The translations under genes were made by a program, and so were the position numbers. A DNA stretch of 64,000 nt from a virus. Below are positions 56,897 to 64,000 of this stretch, piece after piece (positions within the stretch are counted from its first letter, which is position 1; the number at the start of each line of letters is the position of its first letter). The notes beneath the pieces were generated by a model. It did no database searches. It was not told where the DNA came from and saw only the letters and a list, made by a program, of their open reading frames with translations. The DNA lies in IMG/VR virus record IMGVR_UViG_3300047494_000107, positions 46,534 through 110,533 of that record; one strand, written 5' to 3'.

Positions 56897-57787
56897 ATGT
56901 CGCTGGTCCCTTACTCCCGGCCGTATCTCACGCAGCCCTCCATGGGCTACGGGATGTACGAGGGCACCTGCATGAGCCAGGACCCCGATCGGCGGCGCAT
57001 CACCGTCATGCTGCGCTCGGGGATGATCGTCGACTGCCAGTTGATGAGCCACGGCCCGAACGACGCGCTCAGGGTCCACCACGGGCCGATGCCAACTGTG
57101 ACGACGAGCTGTGTCGTTCAGTTCGTCCATGGCGATGTCCGCAACTGTGTGCTGATCGGCACCCTCAATCGCAATCAACAGGACGCGTTCACCACGGCGC
57201 CGGGCGATGAGCATGCCCATTACGAGTCGGACTGGTCAGGCGGTTGGCGCTATCGCAGCAGCAACGGCCAGTTCGCCGACGTCTATCCCGATGGCACAGC
57301 CTTCATCGTGGGCTTTGGCGGCTCCATACCGACCACCTACCGGCATGTCGTCACGAGTGGGCAGGCACGGGAGCGGCAGGCTCTCACGCCCGCTCAGAGG
57401 CGTCCTGCAGCCGCGTCGGCCTATCCCATCACACTGGCACAGTCGACCGGTGCGGCACTGGAGTTCTCCGCCGCGGGCTCGGTCAGCCTAGCCTCGGCGA
57501 CAGGCCATCAGAACGCCTTGCAGAGCAATGGCGCGGACGTCACGCTGAGTGGCACGGGCGCTGTCGTGGTCTTGGCGGCGAGCGGTCAGACGGTCACGCT
57601 GCAGGCCAATGGCGGCACGGTCGTGATTGACAGTTCCGGCAACATGACCCTGACGCCAGCGGGCGGCCAAGTGACGATTAACGGCACCTTGAACGTCACG
57701 TCGCTGAACGTGAATGGCGCGTCGTATGCCGGCCACGAGCATATCGACACGCAGCCTGGAACGGGGCGCAGCGGTCCTCCAGGTTAA
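56897..57787 (+). CDS. Baseplate spike (gpV/gp45-like)
   Basis: N-terminal OB-fold-like region; beta-helix repeats; C-terminal YAGHEH metal-binding apex ending GPP. Confidence 0.8.
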   Translation: MSLVPYSRPYLTQPSMGYGMYEGTCMSQDPDRRRITVMLRSGMIVDCQLMSHGPNDALRVHHGPMPTVTTSCVVQFVHGDVRNCVLIGTLNRNQQDAFTTAPGDEHAHYESDWSGGWRYRSSNGQFADVYPDGTAFIVGFGGSIPTTYRHVVTSGQARERQALTPAQRRPAAASAYPITLAQSTGAALEFSAAGSVSLASATGHQNALQSNGADVTLSGTGAVVVLAASGQTVTLQANGGTVVIDSSGNMTLTPAGGQVTINGTLNVTSLNVNGASYAGHEHIDTQPGTGRSGPPG

Positions 57788-57798
57788 GGGGTGGGAGG

Positions 57799-57828
57799 GG
57801 TTTTCGGAAACTCGGGTTTCTGAAAACC
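57799..57828. terminator. Hairpin between convergent genes
   Basis: GGTTTTCGGAAAC-tcgg-GTTTCTGAAAACC, one mismatch. Confidence 0.6.
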
Positions 57829-57841
57829 GAAAAGGTTTTCC

Positions 57842-58531
57842 CTATATGTTCTCGTTTTTGAGACTCGTTTCAAGTATGTAAGCGTTGTTCTTTCTACGTT
57901 CTCTGCGCTCAGCGCCAAGGTCAGAACGGCTGGGTCCTACGCGGTAGATACCCCGTATGATCTCAATGCCTTTTGCCTTTTTCCGCGTGTAGTTATCGCA
58001 TTTCGGCATGATTGAGGCGGACCAGCTCAGTACGAATTTGAACGATGGGTCGTCTTGCAGGGCGGCGAATATCTTGGTCCAGATACCCTTGTGGCTCCAA
58101 TGGCGTATCGTCGATCGGAAGTTGGTCATTTGCCAGTCGTCGACGGTCAGGCCGTTCTGGGCGGCCGACAGCACGGCTTCGACGCATGACCTGGCGTTCT
58201 CGACCGACTGGACGCCCTCGACGAATAGCGTGGATCGCACACGGCGCCACTGCGTTTCGGTCAGGGCCACCCCTTCGAGCGTCTCGGCGTAGAGCGGCCT
58301 GGGTTTGCGCGCGGCGGGGTCGACCAGGTAGGATGAGAGCCATTCGTCGAGGTCTTCGAGCCGGTAGCGGATGACGGTCTCGAATCCCTTCTTGGTTTCG
58401 ATGTCCATTTCCGCGAACGGCGGCCCGGAACCTTGCTCGCGCCAGTAGCGCAGCAACGCAGGACGAATGCCGAGGTACGCAGCCGCGAGGGATTGGTCTA
58501 TCCATCGGGATTGTGTAGATATGTCAGTCAT
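57842..58531 (-). CDS. MerR/Xis-type HTH fused to an IS5 transposase-like N-terminal fragment
   Basis: AAAYLGI...LRYWR..GSGPPF...IRYRLEDLDEWL; LTETQW...R..VEAVL...RHWSHKGIWTKIFAALQDDP. Confidence 0.65.
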   Translation of the reverse strand: MTDISTQSRWIDQSLAAAYLGIRPALLRYWREQGSGPPFAEMDIETKKGFETVIRYRLEDLDEWLSSYLVDPAARKPRPLYAETLEGVALTETQWRRVRSTLFVEGVQSVENARSCVEAVLSAAQNGLTVDDWQMTNFRSTIRHWSHKGIWTKIFAALQDDPSFKFVLSWSASIMPKCDNYTRKKAKGIEIIRGIYRVGPSRSDLGAERRERRKNNAYILETSLKNENI

Positions 58532-59123
58532 GCAGCCTCCTGTGCCTCCGTTGTCGCCTGAATACTTGGCCGAGAGCGCGCCTCAGCCGTCTAGCATGGT
58601 CGAGAAACTGCTCGCGAAGGGTCGGCGGCGACACAAGCCTGTGCCGCTTGAGCCGCCGGTACCACCCATGGTGTCGACGTCGACCGATGTCGCGCTCAAG
58701 GCGAACGCCGAGCACAGCCAAGCGCTGAGGCATTTGCGGGTGTTGCTGCGCCGCGGCGGCGTGAACTTGGCCGAGTTCCAGGCTCGGCTGTACGAGACCG
58801 AGGCGGTCGATCAACTGGCGAGGTTCATGCGCGACGAACGGCTGGAACCGGAGTTCAGGCGACGCTGTATCAAGGACATCCTTGATCGGGCGCGCGGCAC
58901 CCCGATGGGCGTCGCACGTGTTGAGGTGCCTGACTTGGCGGCGTCCCTCGCCGAGGATGTGCTGTTCCGCGAGGTGCAAGAGGGGGCGGAGTCGGCGCTG
59001 GCCATGCAAGAGATGCAGACATGGCTGGCCAAACCTTTGGCGCAGTGGCCAGCGCACATCCGGGCGAAGTATGAAGCCGAAGCGTCATTGTTGACGTCGA
59101 TTGAGGAGATCACGCCTGGCTAG
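58521..59123 (+). CDS. Terminase small subunit-like protein (start uncertain)
   Basis: EAVDQLARFMRD...RRRCIKDILDRARGTP pattern. Confidence 0.45.
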   Translation: MSVMQPPVPPLSPEYLAESAPQPSSMVEKLLAKGRRRHKPVPLEPPVPPMVSTSTDVALKANAEHSQALRHLRVLLRRGGVNLAEFQARLYETEAVDQLARFMRDERLEPEFRRRCIKDILDRARGTPMGVARVEVPDLAASLAEDVLFREVQEGAESALAMQEMQTWLAKPLAQWPAHIRAKYEAEASLLTSIEEITPG

Positions 59124-59299
59124 CGGATGATGTCGGACGGTTTGGTGACCTCGAACGCCTCCCACTTGCCGTCATCATCCTCTCGTGCCTCTTTCAGCAT
59201 GCGAGCGATCGCGTGTTGCGGACTGATAGCGTTCCAGGCTCCGCGCAATTGGTGCGGTACGTTGTCGCTGTCATAGTGGACGATGTAATACCGCGGCAT
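59120..59299 (-). CDS. 59-aa hypothetical protein (absent from the ORF track)
   Basis: Hand translation MPRYYIVHYDSD...; ATG at the end of repeat D1 with AAGGAG RBS. Confidence 0.6.
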   Translation of the reverse strand: MPRYYIVHYDSDNVPHQLRGAWNAISPQHAIARMLKEAREDDDGKWEAFEVTKPSDIIR

Positions 59300-59360
59300 G
59301 GGCTGGGTCTCCTTTTGGGTTTTAACGCATTTCAGATTCGAGAAAGTTTTGCTCTAACTG
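59297..59360 (-). repeat. Leader repeat D1
   Basis: Near-identical to 59593-59656; ends at an ATG. Confidence 0.85.
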
Positions 59361-59370
59361 ATCCAACGGG

Positions 59371-59595
59371 TTAGTCGGTGATGTCGGGCGGCTTGCGTTG
59401 AACCATTCGAACAACCGGCAACGTCTGACCGTCGCCGACATCAAGTTTGCCGTCCACGATGGGCAACCGGTCGTAGAGGTCGGCATGGATCATGAGCAGG
59501 CCGAAACACTGCGCGGCCTGTTCGACCAAGCGGCGCGTATCCAGTTCGAGCACGTTCGGGGGTACCAAATACTCCCCGTCATCAGAGATAGGCAT
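59371..59595 (-). CDS. Hypothetical protein
   Basis: ATG at the end of repeat D2. Confidence 0.6.
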   Translation of the reverse strand: MPISDDGEYLVPPNVLELDTRRLVEQAAQCFGLLMIHADLYDRLPIVDGKLDVGDGQTLPVVRMVQRKPPDITD

Positions 59596-59656
59596 GGGGT
59601 GGGTCTCCTTCTGGATTTTCACGCATTTCAGATTCGAGAAAGTTTTCGCCTAACTG
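59593..59656 (-). repeat. Leader repeat D2
   Basis: CAGTTAG..AAAACTTTCTCGAATCTGAAATGCGT..AAGGAGACCCA.CCCATG. Confidence 0.85.
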
Positions 59657-59948
59657 GTATTTTTCGACGCTTCGCTCGCGCCTCCTTTAGCCGTGCTTCC
59701 GGGGTGAGAGGCTGACGTATCCCCATCTCGGCGTCGTCGGGCGGCGATCCTTCGATGAACCAAGCGAGCAACAGGATAGCGTCAGGGTGCATGCAGATCC
59801 CGGCGGTCTCCCATCGTTCAAGCGTACGGTGAGGCACGCGCAACGCATTGGCTGCGGCGACCTGGGTGTAGCCCATGCGCGTGCGCCACTGGAACAACTC
59901 ATGGCCGATGTAACGGGCGGTATGGAGCCGCAGGACGGTGTTAGGCAT
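59628..59948 (-). CDS. XRE-family HTH protein
   Basis: WRTRMGYTQVAAANALRVPHRTLERWETAG. Confidence 0.85.
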   Translation of the reverse strand: MPNTVLRLHTARYIGHELFQWRTRMGYTQVAAANALRVPHRTLERWETAGICMHPDAILLLAWFIEGSPPDDAEMGIRQPLTPEARLKEARAKRRKIPVRRKLSRI

Positions 59949-60234
59949 CTATGACTGGCGCGGTGAAGGCCGACCCGTTCTGCTGAGCCGCACGGATGGC
60001 CGGCAGCAGCTGGTCGGCGTAGTAGTCGCCACGCCAGCACTGCGTCATGTCGTCAGGTGTCAGGACGGCGTAGTGGTCACCTATCTGTGTCTCGCCAGAC
60101 TCGTCCTCGCGTGTCCACACGGTCGCGATGAATCGCTGACCTTTGTATTTCGTGTCGGTGAACTCGACGGTGAAGAAGCCGATACCGCCCACACCGTTGC
60201 GGTGATAGCGGACGCGCTGAACCTTGATCGCCAT
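59941..60234 (-). CDS. Phage hypothetical protein with YHRNGVGG motif
   Basis: ATG at the end of repeat C1; C-terminal WRGDYY. Confidence 0.65.
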   Translation of the reverse strand: MAIKVQRVRYHRNGVGGIGFFTVEFTDTKYKGQRFIATVWTREDESGETQIGDHYAVLTPDDMTQCWRGDYYADQLLPAIRAAQQNGSAFTAPVIDA

Positions 60235-60288
60235 AGGGCTGGGTGTCCTTTCGGGATTCTGGGCGACGTGAAAACGAGAAAGGTTGCG
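60232..60288 (-). repeat. Leader repeat C1
   Basis: CGCAACCTTTCTCGTTTTCACGTCGCCCAGAATCCCGAAAGGACACCCAGCCCTATG. Confidence 0.88.
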
Positions 60289-60289
60289 C

Positions 60290-60834
60290 CTAGTTGTCGA
60301 ACAGTCCCACGTGCGTGATGGTGCAGCCCGGCTCGGCGTTCTCGCATTGCTCGCGAGCGTGTTCTTCGTCGTCAGCCTCAAACCGGTAGACCTGGGGTTC
60401 TTCTGTCTCAGGCCAGCCGATCGGGCGATACTCAACTAGATACGTGTTCATGGGTTTGGCCGCAGGAACGGTCGTACCGTCCGCGAATACGGTCTCAATA
60501 CGCCCGTCGCGCCAGTGCTTCACGTGGGCATGCCCGAGGCGTTTGGCGGCCCGTAGAGCGGCCTTCTTTGCACCCCCGAGCGTTGAATGCCACTTGCCTA
60601 TAGGCTGACGGCGCATGGGGTTTGTCACGCAATATATGGTCACGGCGTCACCTCGCGGAACAGGTCAGGCCGCTTGGCGGCTTCGGCGCGCAAGGCTCGC
60701 ACGATGGCGTGGCCCACTCGCATGGATGGCACACGGATGTCGTCGCATCCGTCAAAGCCGCCTGCTTTGACCACGTAGCCTTGAGGCTTGATGCCGGTCA
60801 GATAGACGCGATGATCGATGTCGTCGGGATGCAT
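60290..60834 (-). other. Two small hypothetical genes (60290-60643, 60640-60834)
   Basis: Coupled ORFs following repeat C2. Confidence 0.55.
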
Positions 60835-60887
60835 GGGCTGGGTATCCTTCCGGGATTCTGGGTGACGTGAAAACGAGAAAGGTTGCG
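60832..60887 (-). repeat. Leader repeat C2
   Basis: Near-identical to C1; ends at an ATG. Confidence 0.88.
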
Positions 60888-60888
60888 A

Positions 60889-62136
60889 TTAGCGACGGTA
60901 ATATCTCAGCCCATCGTACGGTGACACGAACCAGCGCTTGGCGAACCGTGTTCCGGGCCAGCACACATCCTCGACCGCAAACGTGGCGTAATGTGTCGCG
61001 CCTTCGCCGAACTTGATTTCCCACGGTGTCGGCTCGCGGTGGTAGGTAATCTCGGTCACGTCGTCGCGAACGGGCAGCCTGCCAGTGAAGTCGGGGAGCT
61101 TGCTCACGGCGTCGCCTCCGCCCGGATGTCGGCCGGGTTCGGATGCCACGTGCGCGGCTCCCCGAGCGGCGATGTCCCGCACAACACGATGAGACCGAGT
61201 GGGCGATAGTCAGCCTCGACTACCCAGCCGCTACCGTTGACGCCGGCCACTTCGATGACCTTGCGGTCAAGGTCACCCCACAGCGCGTGAGAGGCGATAA
61301 TGACCCGTGTCCCGGCGGCCAAGGGTGGCAGCTCGTTCACGGGTTTGGTGTTCCAGAGTAGGGGTGACGGCGGGCGCGGCATGGCTCAGCGCTCCAGGAC
61401 GGGCGAGAAGGCCGCAGCACGGCGCGACGCGGCGAGCCGGCGGGCAAGGCGGCGGGTCCTCTCGCGTACCTCGCGCGCGTCGACATCGTCACGGTTCGCG
61501 CGGGCGGTGTCGCGATGGCGGGCGGAGCGGGACTGGTAAGACATGACGGAGTCTCCGGTTCAGCTGCGGTCAGTTGATCCGACGGCATGCCAGGCAGGGC
61601 GCGCGTGACGCCCCGTAGGGTATGCGGTCAGAGCGGGTCGGTGTCTGTGTCGAATTCGACTTCTTCGGCGATAGCCTCGCATGGGTTTGACCCGTGCCGG
61701 TCAATCCACAAAATCGTCCCGTGCCGTTTGCAGCCTAGGTCCAGCTCCGGTGTCGTTTCATGCTCCATGACCCCGAGGGCGGCAGCTTTGGCTTTCTCAA
61801 TCGCTTCCGCGTCGGACTCGGCTTGGACCGCGACGCTCTCATAGCCGCGCACCCAGTAGGCAACCTTCACTTCGTATTCAGCCATCACACCGACTCCTCC
61901 GCTAGGACCGCGAACGGTTCATGGTTGCCACCCAGACGCGAGCCGCAGCATTCGCACGGCGACCATGAGAATGATGGCTCGGCATCCTCTCCGCCGCTGT
62001 AAACGAGGTGACGCGCGGCGTCACCCCATACGCGCTTAATGTCGGCTGCCAAGGCCGGCCGGTCCTCCGGGACATCACCGTTGGCAATCCAGGCGATGCA
62101 GTCGGCGCACGCCATGCCTTCATATGTGACAATCAT
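60889..62136 (-). other. Small early-type genes (60889-61107, 61104-61382, 61386-61544, 61628-61885, 61885-62136)
   Basis: Coupled ORFs; motifs EIKFGEGATHY, V.V.AES..EAIEKA, FSWSPCECCGS. Confidence 0.6.
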
Positions 62137-62555
62137 CACACCGACTCCGTCTCGAATAGCAGCGTGGCGTATGCATGCGCCGAACCGAGGAACGCGCGGA
62201 GTTTCTTTGCTTGGCGTTGACACACTTTGAACGTGTGCTCTGCCTGCCTGCTATCGGTGTCGTAGCCGTATTCGGCACACCACTCGGCAAAGTCACCGTT
62301 AGCGTTGCCTACACCGTTGGCGTCAAGCGCGAGCGTGTCAAGCACGCTTTCCACGGCCGGCGGCTTTCCGTCGTGCCCACGCCCCATTGAGTACACCAAG
62401 GTCATGCGTGACCGGCCCCGACGTAGAATACAACGCCAATGGTCCATATTGTCCGAGTCGGGCATGTTCGGGTTGGAGTCAGTCCATTCGGCGGTCATGG
62501 TGATACCCATGTAGCCGACGAATTGCGCGATTGTTTGACGGGTGTCAGTGGGCAT
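62136..62555 (-). CDS. Phage early-region hypothetical protein
   Basis: YSMGRGH...VLDTL..DA...FAEWCAEYGYDTDSR; ATG at the end of repeat B1. Confidence 0.7.
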   Translation of the reverse strand: MPTDTRQTIAQFVGYMGITMTAEWTDSNPNMPDSDNMDHWRCILRRGRSRMTLVYSMGRGHDGKPPAVESVLDTLALDANGVGNANGDFAEWCAEYGYDTDSRQAEHTFKVCQRQAKKLRAFLGSAHAYATLLFETESV

Positions 62556-62601
62556 GGCTTGTCTCGTTTCCAGAGGTTTGAATGGGCGGCGAGGTGTCAG
62601 G
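62553..62601 (-). repeat. Leader repeat B1 (49 bp)
   Basis: Differs from 63672-63720 at 2 positions. Confidence 0.9.
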
Positions 62602-62767
62602 CTTTGTCGGCTGCCGCGCGGGCTTTCTCCCGCCGCCGATCGGCCAGATCCAGTCGGATATGCCGAACGTCGCTGCTGATCGCCTGAACCACTGTCAGAC
62701 CGACCATTCCGAAAAACAGAATGCCGACGCCGCCGAGAACAAAGGCGGCGTAAATCTCGATGAACAT
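62597..62767 (-). CDS. 56-aa membrane protein
   Basis: ATG at the end of A1; N-terminal transmembrane helix. Confidence 0.65.
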   Translation of the reverse strand: MFIEIYAAFVLGGVGILFFGMVGLTVVQAISSDVRHIRLDLADRRREKARAAADKA

Positions 62768-62894
62768 GTTCGTAATCTCCATTGGGGTTGTCCGTCTCAG
62801 TGAGCAAAGATTACCGTGACTAACGGTGTAGCGCAAGCCTTATTTTGGGCTTTGAGCGGAAAAATCCGTATCAAGACCATCGGATGCGGCGGCG
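62765..62894 (-). repeat. Promoter-RBS repeat A1 (130 bp)
   Basis: Matches 63871-64000; minus strand TTGCGC-17-TAATCT, GGAG RBS, ATG. Confidence 0.95.
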
Positions 62895-63041
62895 CGGGCT
62901 TGCTCTAGGCTTGTCGATTCCAGGACCATCTGTAGCGCGCGCCGCATCCGGTTGAATTGTTCGCGGCGCTTAGCCTGGCGGCGAGCCTGCGTGGTGTCAT
63001 AGGAGCGGCGCGGTTTGGTGGGGGGTATGTCGACCATCCTA

Positions 63042-63302
63042 TCAGGCGCGCAGAGCGCGCGCCCATTCGGTGGCCGGCAGGGTGGCGGTGTCGACGATTT
63101 TGCAGCCCGTCATTTCAAAGTCGAAGCGGGCGGCGCTTGCGGCGCGGCTGACGGCCAGCGCCGCGTCATAGGCGGCTTGTGCGCCGGCCGGGCGACGCTT
63201 GCGGTCGAGGACCCGTTGCGCATCGCGGAGGGCGGCAGCAGCCTTGTTAGCAGCGATTTCGAGGCGGAGATATTCAGCGTGCCATTCCGGGTTGTGAGCC
63301 AT
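63042..63302 (-). CDS. 86-aa Ala-rich hypothetical protein
   Basis: ATG at the end of A2. Confidence 0.65.
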   Translation of the reverse strand: MAHNPEWHAEYLRLEIAANKAAAALRDAQRVLDRKRRPAGAQAAYDAALAVSRAASAARFDFEMTGCKIVDTATLPATEWARALRA

Positions 63303-63429
63303 GTTCGTAATCTCCGTTGGGGTTGTCCGTCTCAGTGAGCAAAGACTACCGTTACTAACGGGGTAGCGCAAGCCTTATTTTGGGCTTTGAGCGGAAAAAT
63401 CCGTATCAAGACCATCGGATGCGGCGGCG
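63300..63429 (-). repeat. Promoter-RBS repeat A2 (130 bp)
   Basis: About four substitutions relative to A1/A3; -10 reads TAGTCT. Confidence 0.95.
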
Positions 63430-63434
63430 ACGTG

Positions 63435-63674
63435 TCAGGCGGTCGCTTTGGAGAAGGCTTGCTGCACGGTGTTCTCGCATTGCGCCGCGGTGCAGCCGTT
63501 CGTCAGATCGGCGAGGAACAGCTTGTGCGCATGCTCAATTGCGTGATGCACCTCGAAGCTTTTTGCCTTCTTAGGCTGCCGGCTGATGACAAAGGCTTCA
63601 GCACGTTTCCATGCGTCCGTGTAAAGTGCCTTTTCAGCGGGTGACATCAGACTAAACAGGTCTTTAGCTGTCAT
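63435..63674 (-). CDS. 79-aa hypothetical protein
   Basis: ATG at the end of B2. Confidence 0.65.
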   Translation of the reverse strand: MTAKDLFSLMSPAEKALYTDAWKRAEAFVISRQPKKAKSFEVHHAIEHAHKLFLADLTNGCTAAQCENTVQQAFSKATA

Positions 63675-63720
63675 GGCTTGTCTCGTTTCCAGGGGTTTGA
63701 AGGGGCGGCGAGGTGTCAGG
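63672..63720 (-). repeat. Leader repeat B2 (49 bp)
   Basis: CCTGACACCTCGCCGCCCCTTCAAACCCCTGGAAACGAGACAAGCCATG. Confidence 0.9.
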
Positions 63721-63873
63721 TTAGACCGGTTCGCAAGACACAACGTAGCAGTCAGCGTCGTGTAACTCGGGGCCGACCGACTTAATCGCATCGTCCCGGT
63801 TCAAGGCTTGAATATCTTTCCGGATACGCGCGCTCGTAAACATATGCTGGGCGATTATGCGGAAAGTTATCAT
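63721..63873 (-). CDS. 50-aa hypothetical protein
   Basis: ATG at the end of A3; stop abuts B2. Confidence 0.6.
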   Translation of the reverse strand: MITFRIIAQHMFTSARIRKDIQALNRDDAIKSVGPELHDADCYVVSCEPV

Positions 63874-64000
63874 GTTCGTAATCTCCATTGGGGTTGTCCG
63901 TCTCAGTGAGCAAAGATTACCGTGACTAACGGTGTAGCGCAAGCCTTATTTTGGGCTTTGAGCGGAAAAATCCGTATCAAGACCATCGGATGCGGCGGCG
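63871..64000 (-). repeat. Promoter-RBS repeat A3 (runs to the window edge)
   Basis: Matches A1. Confidence 0.95.

Larger units (their letters stand above)
1..64000. mobile_element. Temperate contractile-tailed phage genome segment, probable alphaproteobacterial host, non-integrated configuration
   Basis: Baseplate, lysis, integrase and phage replication genes throughout; no host housekeeping genes; internal attP flanked by phage genes on both sides; GapR homologue. Confidence 0.92.

Noticed and set aside
57842-58300. Intact IS5 element
   Set aside because: No DDE catalytic domain, terminal inverted repeats or target duplication found
60260-60280. Canonical parS in repeat C (ACGTGAAAAC)
   Set aside because: Only a half match to TGTTTCACGTGAAACA and not palindromic
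62553-64000. CRISPR array or terminal repeat at the right end
   Set aside because: Repeats are 49-130 bp promoter/RBS modules separated by whole ORFs; A3 meeting the window edge cannot be interpreted without flanking sequence

Overview
The whole window reads as part of a GC-rich temperate phage with a contractile tail. A GapR homologue and an alphaproteobacterial-type tRNA-Thr fragment point to an alphaproteobacterial host. Phage genes flank an intact attP on both sides, so this is probably the non-integrated form. From left to right it contains: a tape measure and baseplate hub (+); a baseplate wedge and tail-fibre block (-); an extended lysis cassette (+); small accessory genes; a four-gene operon of signal-peptide-bearing, virion-like proteins; attP, integrase and xis; a PolA/SSB/nuclease/helicase/ParB/RuvC/GapR replication arm (-); a primase-helicase (+); nucleotide-metabolism genes; an isolated baseplate spike and a TerS-like gene; and an array of small early genes separated by repeated leader modules. 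No capsid, portal, large terminase, sheath or tube gene was recognised in the window. The four most unusual signals are: (1) an attP carrying the 5' half of tRNA-Thr(UGU) directly upstream of the exported virion-like operon; (2) a 9-bp box CTTGATACA dispersed through the window and clustered on promoters; (3) repeats anchored at start codons that delimit single-gene cassettes, both in the right-end array and elsewhere; (4) three apparently paralogous winged-helix domains beside AT-rich non-coding tracts. All family assignments come from motifs recognised by eye; no database search was run.
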